DNA of 64,000 nucleotides, taken from assembly GCA_019358935.1 (NCBI GenBank), contig JAHHIK010000011.1:32001-96000 (forward strand), given 5' to 3'. A program made the position numbers and the translations under genes. Below the pieces are notes generated by a model. The model was not told the DNA's origin. It made no database searches and worked only from the letters and a program-made list of their open reading frames with translations. Position 1 is the stretch's first letter. The number at the start of each line of letters is the position of its first letter. Below are positions 29,204 through 40,360 of the stretch, piece after piece. The stretch is from Tolypothrix carrinoi HA7290-LM1 (lineage in GTDB: Bacteria; Cyanobacteriota; Cyanobacteriia; Cyanobacteriales; Nostocaceae).

Positions 29204-29848
29204 CTACATTCCCCCATCATCAATAGTCTTAGATTTAGCTTTTGCCTTATTAGCGCTGCGTTTGAGTGCAGAAAGGCGTCCTTCGTATTTAGAACGTTCG
29301 CGCTTGCTGGCAGTGTTGTCAATTAGGGTTTTTAAAGCGCTGCCGAGACTTTTGTAAGCGTTGGGGAGACTATAACCAAAGCGAGTTGCGAGTGCGATCG
29401 CTTTTTCATCTGCGTCGATCAGTTCTCTTATTTGCTTTTCGCCATTATTCTTTTGATATAATCGCCAGCCAGAAACGCCACACAAAGCCAAGGCTAACAC
29501 CAGCAGCAATCCATCCTGCACCCACAATTCACCGACAGCACCTCCTAAACCAATCGCTAGAGCCGCCATTTCCCATCCATCTTTGGGGATGGTATCATTT
29601 TGCACGCGGGCGACTTCGTGCCAAAAAAGTAGGTTACGCTGATCCATTGCGAGCGCATCCCATTTCACCAGGTCAATTTGGATTTCTACCTGGTCTTTGC
29701 CAATTTCTTCGCAGCGGACCAGGGGTGGATTAACCTCAGTTGTGCCTTCAACCGTTACCCAGCTCTGCAATTCTGGCGGTAGTAAGTTTTTCAACCGCCG
29801 AAGTTCACTCATTTCCGCTTTGGCAGAGGAGGTTGCATAGGATGTCAT
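29204..29848 (-). CDS. DUF3318-like conserved cyanobacterial membrane protein
   Basis: ELRRLKNLLPPEL, LLFWHEVAR, two TM segments. Confidence 0.75.
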   Translation of the reverse strand: MTSYATSSAKAEMSELRRLKNLLPPELQSWVTVEGTTEVNPPLVRCEEIGKDQVEIQIDLVKWDALAMDQRNLLFWHEVARVQNDTIPKDGWEMAALAIGLGGAVGELWVQDGLLLVLALALCGVSGWRLYQKNNGEKQIRELIDADEKAIALATRFGYSLPNAYKSLGSALKTLIDNTASKRERSKYEGRLSALKRSANKAKAKSKTIDDGGM

Positions 29849-29926
29849 AAAATCCAGCCCTAGAAAAATTCAGTATATAGTGAGGGTATCACTTTGGAGT
29901 ATAGCTATAAAGAGTGATAATTTGCC

Positions 29927-30484
29927 TCACTCGTTAGGAAAACTTCCGCGTTTTTTCCGTGCTTCCATTGCCTTCTCCAGAAGTTCTAGTAATCCTGGAG
30001 CTTCTTCTTGAATACTCAGCAATAGTCTTTCGCCAAGTTCGACATTTCCAGGATCTTGTCCTGTTACCATCACCTCTAAGAGACGCGGGATGGCAACGCT
30101 ATCCACAATTTGAATTAAACCCGAAAGACAACGGTTAAATTGTTTTTCGGTAAGAATCGAGTCTTCTAAAGGAAACTCAATAATCGCCCGGATTTCGCCA
30201 TCAGATGGGTCATACTCCCATTGAAGCATTTTCGTTTCCCAGGAAATAGCAAGCATCGTCTGGAGGATAGCTCCTTTATAAGGATGGTCTTTCACTCCCT
30301 GAAGAACTTGAGGGGCAAATACCCGGAAAAATTTTCCCTCTTCATCCAACTGGACAACAATCAGAAAATCCTCTAAATTTTCTGCTTCCACACCTGTGAT
30401 AATACGGTCTTCTTCGTCATCAAGACGGTAGTCCCAACCAAGTTTGTCTAGGTATTTGGCAATCTGTTGCAGATTAGCTCCCAT
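29927..30484 (-). CDS. conserved hypothetical protein (YbjN-like)
   Basis: 185-aa acidic ORF, WEYDPSDGEIRA motif. Confidence 0.7.
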   Translation of the reverse strand: MGANLQQIAKYLDKLGWDYRLDDEEDRIITGVEAENLEDFLIVVQLDEEGKFFRVFAPQVLQGVKDHPYKGAILQTMLAISWETKMLQWEYDPSDGEIRAIIEFPLEDSILTEKQFNRCLSGLIQIVDSVAIPRLLEVMVTGQDPGNVELGERLLLSIQEEAPGLLELLEKAMEARKKRGSFPNE

Positions 30485-30708
30485 AAAAGCCTCACAACGA
30501 ACGGTGGAGCGGCTGTCACCAGACCTAGTTTAACTTGGCTTTGGTAACGCCATAACATCATAAGGGGAAGGGGGAAAGGGGGAAAGGGGGAAACGCTGCC
30601 TTCTGGGGTTGCTAGGGGCGTTTGGAATCATGCGATCGCCATTATCCGTCCAATAACAGATTTAAGTAAGTTGTGGTTGTTACTTAAAATAGAACGAATT
30701 CTGTATAA

Positions 30709-31716
30709 ATGAATATGTCAGACTATTCGAGCATAACAGCAGCCATCATCCAGCAAGCTAAAAAGCTTGAGAATACTTTACCAATAAAAAACGAAGCTTG
30801 CCGTCCCAAATTCTTTTTTCACCCCGAACCTACTGCAAAAGTTTTTATTTTCTTCCACGGATTTACAGCGGGTCCTTATCAATTTGAACCGTTAGGAAAA
30901 GCATTATTTGAAGCAGGTTATAATGTTTTAGTTCCATTGCAGCCCGGTCATGGAGTCGCAGGAAAATGGGACAAGGATAATCCACCTCCTTTGCCAAGTG
31001 AAATCGAAATTTATCAAAATTTTGCTTTTTCTTGGTTGGAAGTTGCTCAAAAGTTAGGAGATAAAGTAATAGTTGGCGGATTATCTACTGGGGCAAATTT
31101 AGCAGCTTGGTTAGCATTAGAACGTCCTCAAGAAATTGAGCGAAATTTATTATTTGCGCCATCGCTTGGTAGTAATAATGCAGTGGTAGATTTTTTAGTA
31201 GAAGTGTTGCCTATTTATTACGAATGGTTAAACAAAGATAATTCCGGTAACTTTGGTTATGATGGCTTTTTGATTCCAGCATTTAGGATATTTTTAGATA
31301 TGGGTAAAGAGATTTTGTCGCGCGTGGAAAAAGAGCCAACAGTGCCGATGTTTGTGATTTATAGTGAAAGCGATCGCGCTATCAACCACCATGAAATAAA
31401 GATTTTATTTGAATCTGTATTAAAACAGCAGCCATCATGGTATCACCGCTTTGATAAAACTCTAGAAATTCCCCACACGATGATGACTAAAGCTGAGGGA
31501 AATAAATATCAAGACTTGCTGATTACTTTAGTTAAAGCTTATGTGGAAAGCGATATAACTTGGGATGAATTGATAAAAGTGGGTTATTTGATACTTCAAG
31601 GTAAAACTTTTGAGGCTGCTGTGAGTGAATTAGATTTAGGTGAAAGAGTTACTCCAGATTTGTCAGTTTTGGTGGCGGTGATGGATGATAAAATGATTAT
31701 TGATGGTTATAATTGA
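30709..31716 (+). CDS. alpha/beta hydrolase (carboxylesterase-like)
   Basis: FHGFT, PGHG, GLSTG nucleophile elbow, D and H triad candidates. Confidence 0.88.
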   Translation: MNMSDYSSITAAIIQQAKKLENTLPIKNEACRPKFFFHPEPTAKVFIFFHGFTAGPYQFEPLGKALFEAGYNVLVPLQPGHGVAGKWDKDNPPPLPSEIEIYQNFAFSWLEVAQKLGDKVIVGGLSTGANLAAWLALERPQEIERNLLFAPSLGSNNAVVDFLVEVLPIYYEWLNKDNSGNFGYDGFLIPAFRIFLDMGKEILSRVEKEPTVPMFVIYSESDRAINHHEIKILFESVLKQQPSWYHRFDKTLEIPHTMMTKAEGNKYQDLLITLVKAYVESDITWDELIKVGYLILQGKTFEAAVSELDLGERVTPDLSVLVAVMDDKMIIDGYN

Positions 31717-31748
31717 AGTCAAGATATAAGTTTTTCAACGCAAAGGGG

Positions 31749-31882
31749 AGGCAGCGCGTTGCGGAGCCAGCGCTGTGCGGAGGTCACGAGCGTTGAGGAG
31801 CCAGTGCGTTGCGGAGGTCACGAGCGTTGTAGCACCTGGCGTGCGACTGGCGTGGGGTTCCCCCCGTTGTAGCGACTGCCGT
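31749..31882. repeat. nested small dispersed repeats
   Basis: GGCAGCGCGTTGC..GCGACTGCC element containing two GAGCCAG..CTGGCGT relatives; similar elements near 12030-12069 and 59895-59943. Confidence 0.7.
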
Positions 31883-31992
31883 CGCGCAGAGGTAAACGCA
31901 GAGGAGCGCAGAGTTATAGTTTATTATCTTATTGTGTTCCTACTCTGTGTTCTCTGTGCCTAGTAAGGTTCGTAAAAGATACGAAAGCGAGT

Positions 31993-32229
31993 TTATAAAA
32001 TTTGGATAGAAGCGGTGCGTCGCTTAACTAAGTAAATGGCAAATAGCTGCTCTGAAGCCTCTGCTAACTGTAAAAGTTCACGCAAGTTTTCACTATGAGC
32101 TATTAAGCCATTTGCATTGTAAGCAACATATTGATTTTTATATAAATCTAATAACATTTGGCGGTTTTGGTTCAGCCACTTCAGCATCTCGCGGCTTTCA
32201 TTTTGGTCAGGTGTTTTACTCATACTCAT
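31993..32229 (-). CDS. DUF5678-like small protein
   Basis: WL.QNR..L...Y.NQYVAY....LIAH..NL pattern. Confidence 0.6.
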   Translation of the reverse strand: MSMSKTPDQNESREMLKWLNQNRQMLLDLYKNQYVAYNANGLIAHSENLRELLQLAEASEQLFAIYLVKRRTASIQIL

Positions 32230-32322
32230 CTAAATAAACATAAATTAGATTTACTTTGTCTACATTTTCCATAGCTTTAAGCAGATGTTTTTTGTTAGCT
32301 AAAGCAAATTCATAAAATATCA

Positions 32323-32754
32323 TTAATCCTCTGGAGGATGCCAACCAGCAAGCACCCAATAACTGCGAACTTCTAAGGCATCCGGATCATCACTTAAATG
32401 TAAAACTGCAACAGAAGCGCGACCAGTTGGTGTTTTGCCAACAATACGCAAACCATCTTCAGTCCAGCAAAAATGTTCAGACCAAACTTGGTTGCGCGGG
32501 TTAAAAAGTTTTACCGTTTCCCTCGTCTCCAGGTCAATTCCTGTCGTTTTATCGCTTTTGTAGCCATTACAAAGTGGGCAGGCTAACCACAAGTTCGATT
32601 CATCATTGCTGCCACCTTTAGAAATCGGGATAATGTGTTCAATCTCCAAACGTGCCATCACTAAACGTTGAGGACTTAAGCAATAACCACAACGGTTTCT
32701 AGCAGCAGTGCGGACACGACGCTCTATCTCTACAGGGATGTAACTTCGAGCCAT
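32323..32754 (-). CDS. HNH endonuclease
   Basis: CGYC, EIEHIIP..KGG, NL.LACPLCN..K, LFNPR..W..HF. Confidence 0.93.
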   Translation of the reverse strand: MARSYIPVEIERRVRTAARNRCGYCLSPQRLVMARLEIEHIIPISKGGSNDESNLWLACPLCNGYKSDKTTGIDLETRETVKLFNPRNQVWSEHFCWTEDGLRIVGKTPTGRASVAVLHLSDDPDALEVRSYWVLAGWHPPED

Positions 32755-32759
32755 TGCTG

Positions 32760-33122
32760 TTAAGTAAGAGCCGATTTCAAGCCACGTTCAACAGCTACTT
32801 TTAAGGCTCTCGCTTTACGTACCAAACCCTTTCGGTAGACTTGCATCAGTTCATCTAATTGTCTAACTTCTGCTTCATTAAGCTGTCCCTCTTGGTTACG
32901 CGCTAAGAGATCGCTAAAAACCTCTTGCTGCTCAGTTTCCATCTGCATATCGCACAGAGCCAAAACCTGCTCATTAGGTAATGACTCTATAGGTAATTCG
33001 GTAATCGCACGGTCAATAAATTCTAGTAATACATCTTCAAGTCGCTGATGTGTGAAAGCAGCGATTTCCTTAGCTCTTTGTGCCAGCGTCTCAGGAAGTT
33101 GAAGGGTGACAATTTCAGCCAT
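32760..33122 (-). CDS. putative antitoxin-like DNA-binding protein paired with HNH nuclease
   Basis: N-terminal ribbon-helix-helix-like VTLQLPETL; 5 bp from the HNH gene. Confidence 0.65.
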   Translation of the reverse strand: MAEIVTLQLPETLAQRAKEIAAFTHQRLEDVLLEFIDRAITELPIESLPNEQVLALCDMQMETEQQEVFSDLLARNQEGQLNEAEVRQLDELMQVYRKGLVRKARALKVAVERGLKSALT

Positions 33123-33306
33123 TTGCTACCAGATAAGCCTTTTACTTTCGATTGTATCCATATTTGGATGTAGTCGGTCGTAGTAGTATGCGGCTCCTTA
33201 CATAACCCAAACCGAGAATAACTGAATTGTTAGATACTGGCAGCACTGCGGGAATACTGAGTAAAGCGCAGATAGTTGGTGAGTGCGCTGCTGACAATTT
33301 AGCAAT

Positions 33307-34383
33307 TTGGAGAAGATTATGGACACAGTTACAGCAACATTTTCAATTCCTGAGTGGATTGAACAGAAGTTGAAAACTAAAGCCTACGAACGTGTTGGAG
33401 GTGTTATTCGTGATTCACAAACAAAGCACATAGTTGCTATGTTACGTGAAGCAGCACCTAATCTGACTCAAGCCTCAACAATACTTTCTCAATTTGGTTC
33501 AGCTGCAAGTATTCTCAATCTTGGTGTCTCCGTAATAGGATTTGCCTTGGTAATCAATCGCTTAGAGGAAATTGAACAGCGTCTCAAACTTGTAGAAAAA
33601 GACCATTAGCAGCTTAATCGTAAATTTGACATTTCTGTATACGCTAATTTTCGTGCTGCTCTTGATTTAGCGCGTGATGCTTTTACAATGACTAAACCTG
33701 AAAATCGCGTCAACATGGCAAATTTAGCTATTAACAGATTTTTGGAAGCTCAACATACTTATGTTGGTTATCTTGAAACAGCATTGGAAGAAGATATTCA
33801 AGTTGCTGATGAGGATATTTCATCCGTGTTAACGTCTGTAATTAGACCGCGTTGGTATGTTGCGGAGGAATATCTTTTGTCATTATTTTTAACGTATGTA
33901 GTTAGAGCGCGTTGCTATTTAGAACTAGAAGAAATTGAAACTGCACGTCGTTGTCTACAAGAAGGTGCAGAAGTTCTTCGTCCTTATATTGGACAGTTTA
34001 GCGGACATGTAATGGTATCCAATCAAAAATCTGATGAAAAAGCTCAACATAAAATGATGGGAGCGATGTTTCAAGAAGGCTTCCGACAGACATATTTGCC
34101 CTTTTTGCCACCCTCCAATGATACCTTAGAATGCCATGCTGAGGGCGTTATAGCAATTATTCAACAACCTGAACTAAAACGTGCAGCAAAGAAAAAAGCT
34201 ATGTCCATGTGGGAAAACTATCGCCGTTTTGAAGCATATCAAGCCGAAATTCAAGCGATCGCCCAACTAAAAATCAGCTTTCACGAATGGCTTAAACTAA
34301 CTCCATCTGACGCAAAACCCGACAGCGCCGAATTGATGTATATCATCCCATCCAAACCTCTAGAACTACAGCCATCTTGTTGA
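33307..34383 (+). pseudogene. hypothetical gene interrupted by one in-frame TAG (33607-33609)
   Basis: ORFs 33307-33609 and 33688-34383 share a frame with an open 78-nt linker. Confidence 0.75.
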
Positions 34384-34486
34384 AACTTAGCTCTCTTCTC
34401 TCTGCGTTCTCTGCGCCTCTGCGGTTCGTATAAAAAAAGGCGAACAAAAGTTCGCCTAACTTCACATAATTTCGCTAATAAAAACC

Positions 34487-35914
<1,428 letters not shown>

Positions 35915-36067
35915 TTAAAGTTAGGAGAACGGAGTTATGAGTTAGGAGAACGGAGTATGAGTTATGAGTTATGAGTTGAAGAATTTTTAACTTTTCACTT
36001 GAAACTCCTAACTCCTCACTCCTCACTTTTAACTCCTCACTTTTACTTTCTTCTCCTAACTTTGTAA

Positions 36068-36892
36068 TTACGCGTTGGGGAAAAGGCGGGCAATTTCCGA
36101 GTCGTCAAAAACGCCAGATGGCAAATCTTCCCCTGATGCCGATCTCTCTTCACCCCAGACATCAGACAACACGTCGCTAAATGCATTTTCGTCTGGTGTA
36201 TCCAAATCATCCAGCATGTTTTGCGCCAAGTTAGCTGATGGTGTTGCTGCGGAGATTTTGCTGTCGCTATCCTTCAAGTCATCAAAGGAAATATCGCCAA
36301 AATCATCTACAGATTCGTTGCTGGGTGTTTGGTTTGAGTTTTGCCCATTCGTGAAGGAAATATCGCCAAATCCATTTGCAGTTTGATTCGACACTGGTAC
36401 TTCAGCAATTTCCCCTAGGGACATTTGGCTAAACTCATCTGGTATTAGCATTTCTTGATGAGAATCTACCATCACGAACTCGTGAATAATCGCCTCTTCC
36501 CCAAAGCCATTTTCATTCGGAATCGTCAAGGTTTCATCATGAGGCTTTCCCTGCATGATTCCTTCTGATTCCATATCTTCTTCTGCTTTGGGCATGACGC
36601 GGTTGCCCAAAGCCATGTCAGGATCGAAATGCAAATCCAGCACTTCTATCAAAGTATCTGCGTCTGGATTCAATTTCGCAAAGGGCAGCATTAACTGCGC
36701 TAGTTTCGGTTCCAGCGCGTTAACGACTCCCAGGATGAGGTAAGACGGTGGTCGCTTTCCACCATCGGGGGTGTAAACCGATTCCACCTCCATGTGGAGA
36801 GTAATCCAGTCACGATTCACCTGAAAAAATTGCAACCACTTTTGTCTTAAAGAATCTGTAAAGCTGTAAAAGAAAGCCATATTGTCCCTCAT
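36068..36892 (-). CDS. DUF5331-like protein between chlL and chlN
   Basis: LRQKWLQFFQ.NR.W..GGKRP.S N-terminus with acidic low-complexity tail. Confidence 0.75.
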   Translation of the reverse strand: MRDNMAFFYSFTDSLRQKWLQFFQVNRDWITLHMEVESVYTPDGGKRPPSYLILGVVNALEPKLAQLMLPFAKLNPDADTLIEVLDLHFDPDMALGNRVMPKAEEDMESEGIMQGKPHDETLTIPNENGFGEEAIIHEFVMVDSHQEMLIPDEFSQMSLGEIAEVPVSNQTANGFGDISFTNGQNSNQTPSNESVDDFGDISFDDLKDSDSKISAATPSANLAQNMLDDLDTPDENAFSDVLSDVWGEERSASGEDLPSGVFDDSEIARLFPNA

Positions 36893-36910
36893 CCTGAGAA
36901 AATAGATGAT

Positions 36911-37777
36911 TTATACAATCATCAAGTCTAATTCCTCTTCCGGATTAGTAACCTGGGGTTTACTCGGATTTAAGTAAAAATCAGACAACAAAGAGAACAA
37001 TTCCCGGTCTGGGCTGTCGTTAGGTACAACACCTTCTGGACGCGCTAAAATTTGGTCGGCGATGTTGAGGTAGTAATCGCAAACGTAGTTCAGAGAAGGA
37101 TCGTTTTCTGCCATTTCAAACAAAGTCTTGCCTTTGACGCGAGAAACACGGATGTCTTCTATCAAAGGTAATACTTCCAGTACTGGCATGGGTACTGCTT
37201 CTATGTATTTCTCGATCAAGTCGCGCTTGGAAGTGCGATTACCAATTAATCCAGCTAAACGCAATGGGTGAGTGCGTGCTTTTTCGCGTACTGAAGCTGC
37301 AATGCGATTTGCTGCAAATAAAGCATCAAAGCCGTTGTCGGTAACAATCAAGCAGTAATCAGCATAGTTGAGAGGTGCTGCAAAACCACCACATACAACG
37401 TCACCGAGAACGTCAAATAATATCACATCGTACTCATCAAAGGCGTTGAGTTCTTTGAGTAATTTCACGGTTTCGCCGACTACGTATCCGCCACATCCGG
37501 CACCAGCAGGCGGTCCACCGGCTTCAACACAATCGACACCACCGTAGCCTTTGTAGATTACATCTTCGGGCCAGACATCTTCGTAGTGATAGTCTTTTTC
37601 TTGCAGGGTGTCGATAATTGTCGGAATCAAAAACCCTGTCAAGGTAAAAGTACTGTCGTGTTTCGGGTCGCACCCAATTTGGAGAACTTTCTTCCCGCGT
37701 CTGGCTAGGGCGACGGAGATGTTACAGCTGGTTGTGGATTTACCGATACCACCTTTTCCGTAAACTGCTAATTTCAC
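36911..37777 (-). CDS. chlL: light-independent protochlorophyllide reductase Fe-S ATP-binding subunit
   Basis: [44 protein letters not shown] start at 37777 after AGAGG. Confidence 0.98.
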   Translation of the reverse strand: MKLAVYGKGGIGKSTTSCNISVALARRGKKVLQIGCDPKHDSTFTLTGFLIPTIIDTLQEKDYHYEDVWPEDVIYKGYGGVDCVEAGGPPAGAGCGGYVVGETVKLLKELNAFDEYDVILFDVLGDVVCGGFAAPLNYADYCLIVTDNGFDALFAANRIAASVREKARTHPLRLAGLIGNRTSKRDLIEKYIEAVPMPVLEVLPLIEDIRVSRVKGKTLFEMAENDPSLNYVCDYYLNIADQILARPEGVVPNDSPDRELFSLLSDFYLNPSKPQVTNPEEELDLMIV

Positions 37778-38417
37778 TTTTGTTTGCCTCTTATAGTTTC
37801 TTTTCAAACTTCTTGGCTAAAACATTTGCCTTCACCTAGCCGCACAAGGCGCGATGTGTGAGGTCTTCGTCATTATTGTCTAAATTCAATGTAAAAGAAA
37901 GTGGCGGTGAATCTGTCATAGGGTTATATTAGACAGATTTTGTCTCAATCAATCATATTTGGGTTTTAATTCGCTATAAAACTATACAAAGCCTCAAAAA
38001 AGTCAAAATTAATATTTTTAGTAACTTAATAAATAAAATTAGTTACAAAACACAAAAAGCTTAATTGCCTTTTTCAATGGACTTTATAGAAGTAACTTAT
38101 GGTCAAATTAGTTTATTTTGGGAAATGGCAATTTAGTTATGAGTGCTTGCGGCTATCTGATGAAGCACTGACAGCAAAAGCTGTGTAGGCTAAGTTGGTT
38201 TCTATAAACTCAGTTTTTCGGCTTGGAAATCAAGGTTTTTTTGGCGAATATGCAGATAAAGTTGCTTTTGTCAATCACAATAAATGGGTAATTGACTGGG
38301 AAAGCAAGATTGGGCGATCGCTCATTTCGACTAATTTCTAGTTATTTGTAAAAAATTATTAATTTCCAGAATATTGATTAAATTTCTTTAAGAAGAGGCA
38401 TTTTCTTATCTTCTGAG

Positions 38418-38672
38418 TTAAGATACATCCTCGGATACTGCCCTTATTTCTTCTAATGTTTGCCAGCCGGCTTGCCACTGAGAATTATCTTGTAATAATT
38501 TGGCATTGAGCCAAAAACGAACATTGGGATCGCAAGCAGCAACCATCTCAGCATAAACCCACTTAGCCTGATTTTTGCGATTGACGACTTGGAAATGTCG
38601 CCAACCATCTACTTTTTGCTGCGCTGTCCATTTAGAACCGACTAAATAAGGAAATTTTTGTTTTTTAGGCAT
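38418..38672 (-). CDS. TIGR02450-type Trp-rich protein
   Basis: LVGSKWTA..GWRHFQV..W..GW; ATG at 38672 (upstream extension is repeat translation). Confidence 0.85.
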   Translation of the reverse strand: MPKKQKFPYLVGSKWTAQQKVDGWRHFQVVNRKNQAKWVYAEMVAACDPNVRFWLNAKLLQDNSQWQAGWQTLEEIRAVSEDVS

Positions 38673-38863
38673 TGGTAATTGGTAATTGGTAATTGGTAAT
38701 TGGTAATTGGTAATTGGTAATTGGGCATTGGTCATTGGGCAATGGGCATGGGGCATTGGTAATTTTAACTCCTCCTGCTCCCCCTGCTCCCCCTGCTCCC
38801 CCTGCTCCCCCTGCTCCCCTTGTCCCCCTTGTCCCCCTTGTCCCCCTTGTCCCCCCTGTCCCC
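38671..38863. repeat. STRR tracts (ATTGGTA)n/(ATTGGGC)n and (CCCCTGCTC)/(CCCCTTGTC)n
   Basis: Tandem 7-mers and 9-mers. Confidence 0.95.
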
Positions 38864-39223
38864 TCATCCCCCACGGACAAAGGTGTGACAAACCAACTCA
38901 CCATTTTCTTCAACGCAGAGGGAAAACGATTTAATATGAAGCCAACAACTGCTGATCTGATTGTTAATTTTGCGGGTTTTTTTAGATAAGCGTTGCCGGA
39001 CGACTTCGTTTGGACAGAGAATTTCTAAAGTACCCTTGCCATCTTCGTGGTATTCAATGCGAAATCGGCAGTCTTGCAACATTGCGCGGCTGCTACTGTC
39101 GAAAAACCGCTTAAAGCGCTGTAGCAATTCGCCTTCGTTCATTTCGCTGACGCGCTTCCGGAGAATGAAATCTTCTTCTTCAAATTCAAAGTCATCATCC
39201 TCGAAGTCGTGGGTGTCAATCAT
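38864..39223 (-). CDS. hypothetical protein
   Basis: 119-aa ORF, acidic N-terminus, protein-like composition. Confidence 0.6.
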   Translation of the reverse strand: MIDTHDFEDDDFEFEEEDFILRKRVSEMNEGELLQRFKRFFDSSSRAMLQDCRFRIEYHEDGKGTLEILCPNEVVRQRLSKKTRKINNQISSCWLHIKSFSLCVEENGELVCHTFVRGG

Positions 39224-39410
39224 AAGATTGTATTAACTATTCGACTTAAGATTATGGTAACTTTTTGTGTGCCGGGGGGGATGGGGAGAGGGGGAGAGGG
39301 GGGGATGGGGGGATGAGGGGGAAAAGAAAGAATTCAGCAAGATTCCTCATAAATTGGGGAATTGTGTGATTACACTGTGAAGGTGATTGTTGAATCTACT
39401 GGTTTAAATT

Positions 39411-40320
39411 ATGCCTATAACCTTCGCCTTCGCCCTCAGTCAACAGCAAACTTTTGAATTGCGCTGTGATTATGGGTCACGTCGCTTGGATAAAGTAGAG
39501 TTATTAGCATTAATTGACCAGTGTGAGCAAAATTACTACTCTAAGGAGAGCGATCGCCTACCCTATCTTACCGAAATTGGACGACAGCTTTATTCTTGGC
39601 TGGATGGCAAGGAAGGATGGCTGAGAAAGTCGCTAGATGAGACGGATGAACAAACGATTTATTTAGATTTGATCCAAACTAGCGAAGCGCAGGGATTGAA
39701 CCCAGAAACGGAACGTGTCGCTTTGGGATTGGCACATTTGCCTTGGGAATTGCTATGCGATCGCACAGGGTTTTTACTGCAACGGCAAGATATTGCCGTG
39801 TTGCCAGTGCGTTCTGTGCAGCAACGCAATACCAAAGTTGCTGAGGTGGCAAATCGCCCGTTGCGGCTGTTGTTTATGGCGACTTCTCCAGAACACCCAG
39901 CAATTGCACCGTTACAATTTGAGCAAGAAGAGGCGAATATTCTCACAGCGACGAAAGAACAGCCTTTGGCGTTGATTGTGGAAGAAAGCGGTTCGGTGAC
40001 TGAGTTGGAGAATTTGGTTCAGTCATACCCACCAGATTATTTTGATGTGTTCCATTTGACGGGACATAAAGTAATTTATACAGAAGAATATTTCGGTAGC
40101 TATCTGCCAGAAAAACCCCAAATCAAGGATTATACTTTCTGCTTTATCACTGAGGATGAGGTAGGTAATGTGCAATTTACTACCGTTGAGCATTTGGCGA
40201 AAGCCTTCAAGAAACGCTTTCCCCGCGTGATATTTCTCTCTGGCTGTCACACGGGGTAAGTTGCCAATAAAGGAACAGTACCTTCGATGGCGCAGGCTTT
40301 GGTGAAAGCGGGTGCGGGTG
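39411..40320 (+). pseudogene. CHAT (caspase-like) domain protein, nonsense-mutated and truncated
   Basis: HLPWE, PLRLLFM, VFHLTGH, LSGC motifs; TAA at 40257 followed in frame by VANKGTVPSMAQALVKAG, then foreign DNA. Confidence 0.85.
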
Positions 40321-40360
40321 ACGAAAGTCAGTTTTATACAAGGAAAGCGCCAAACAGTTA

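Noticed and set aside
28975..29357. ORFs with MGNGEWG/LVP/CPP repeats
   Set aside because: STRR translation artefacts overlapping real genes
31749..31882. Possible mini-CRISPR
   Set aside because: Only two near-identical units, nested repeat architecture, no spacers
36911..37807. nifH
   Set aside because: [21 protein letters not shown] and adjacency to chlN identify it as chlL
38665..38989. Gly/Pro-rich ORFs and the long N-terminal extension of the TIGR02450 gene
   Set aside because: Repeat-derived open frames
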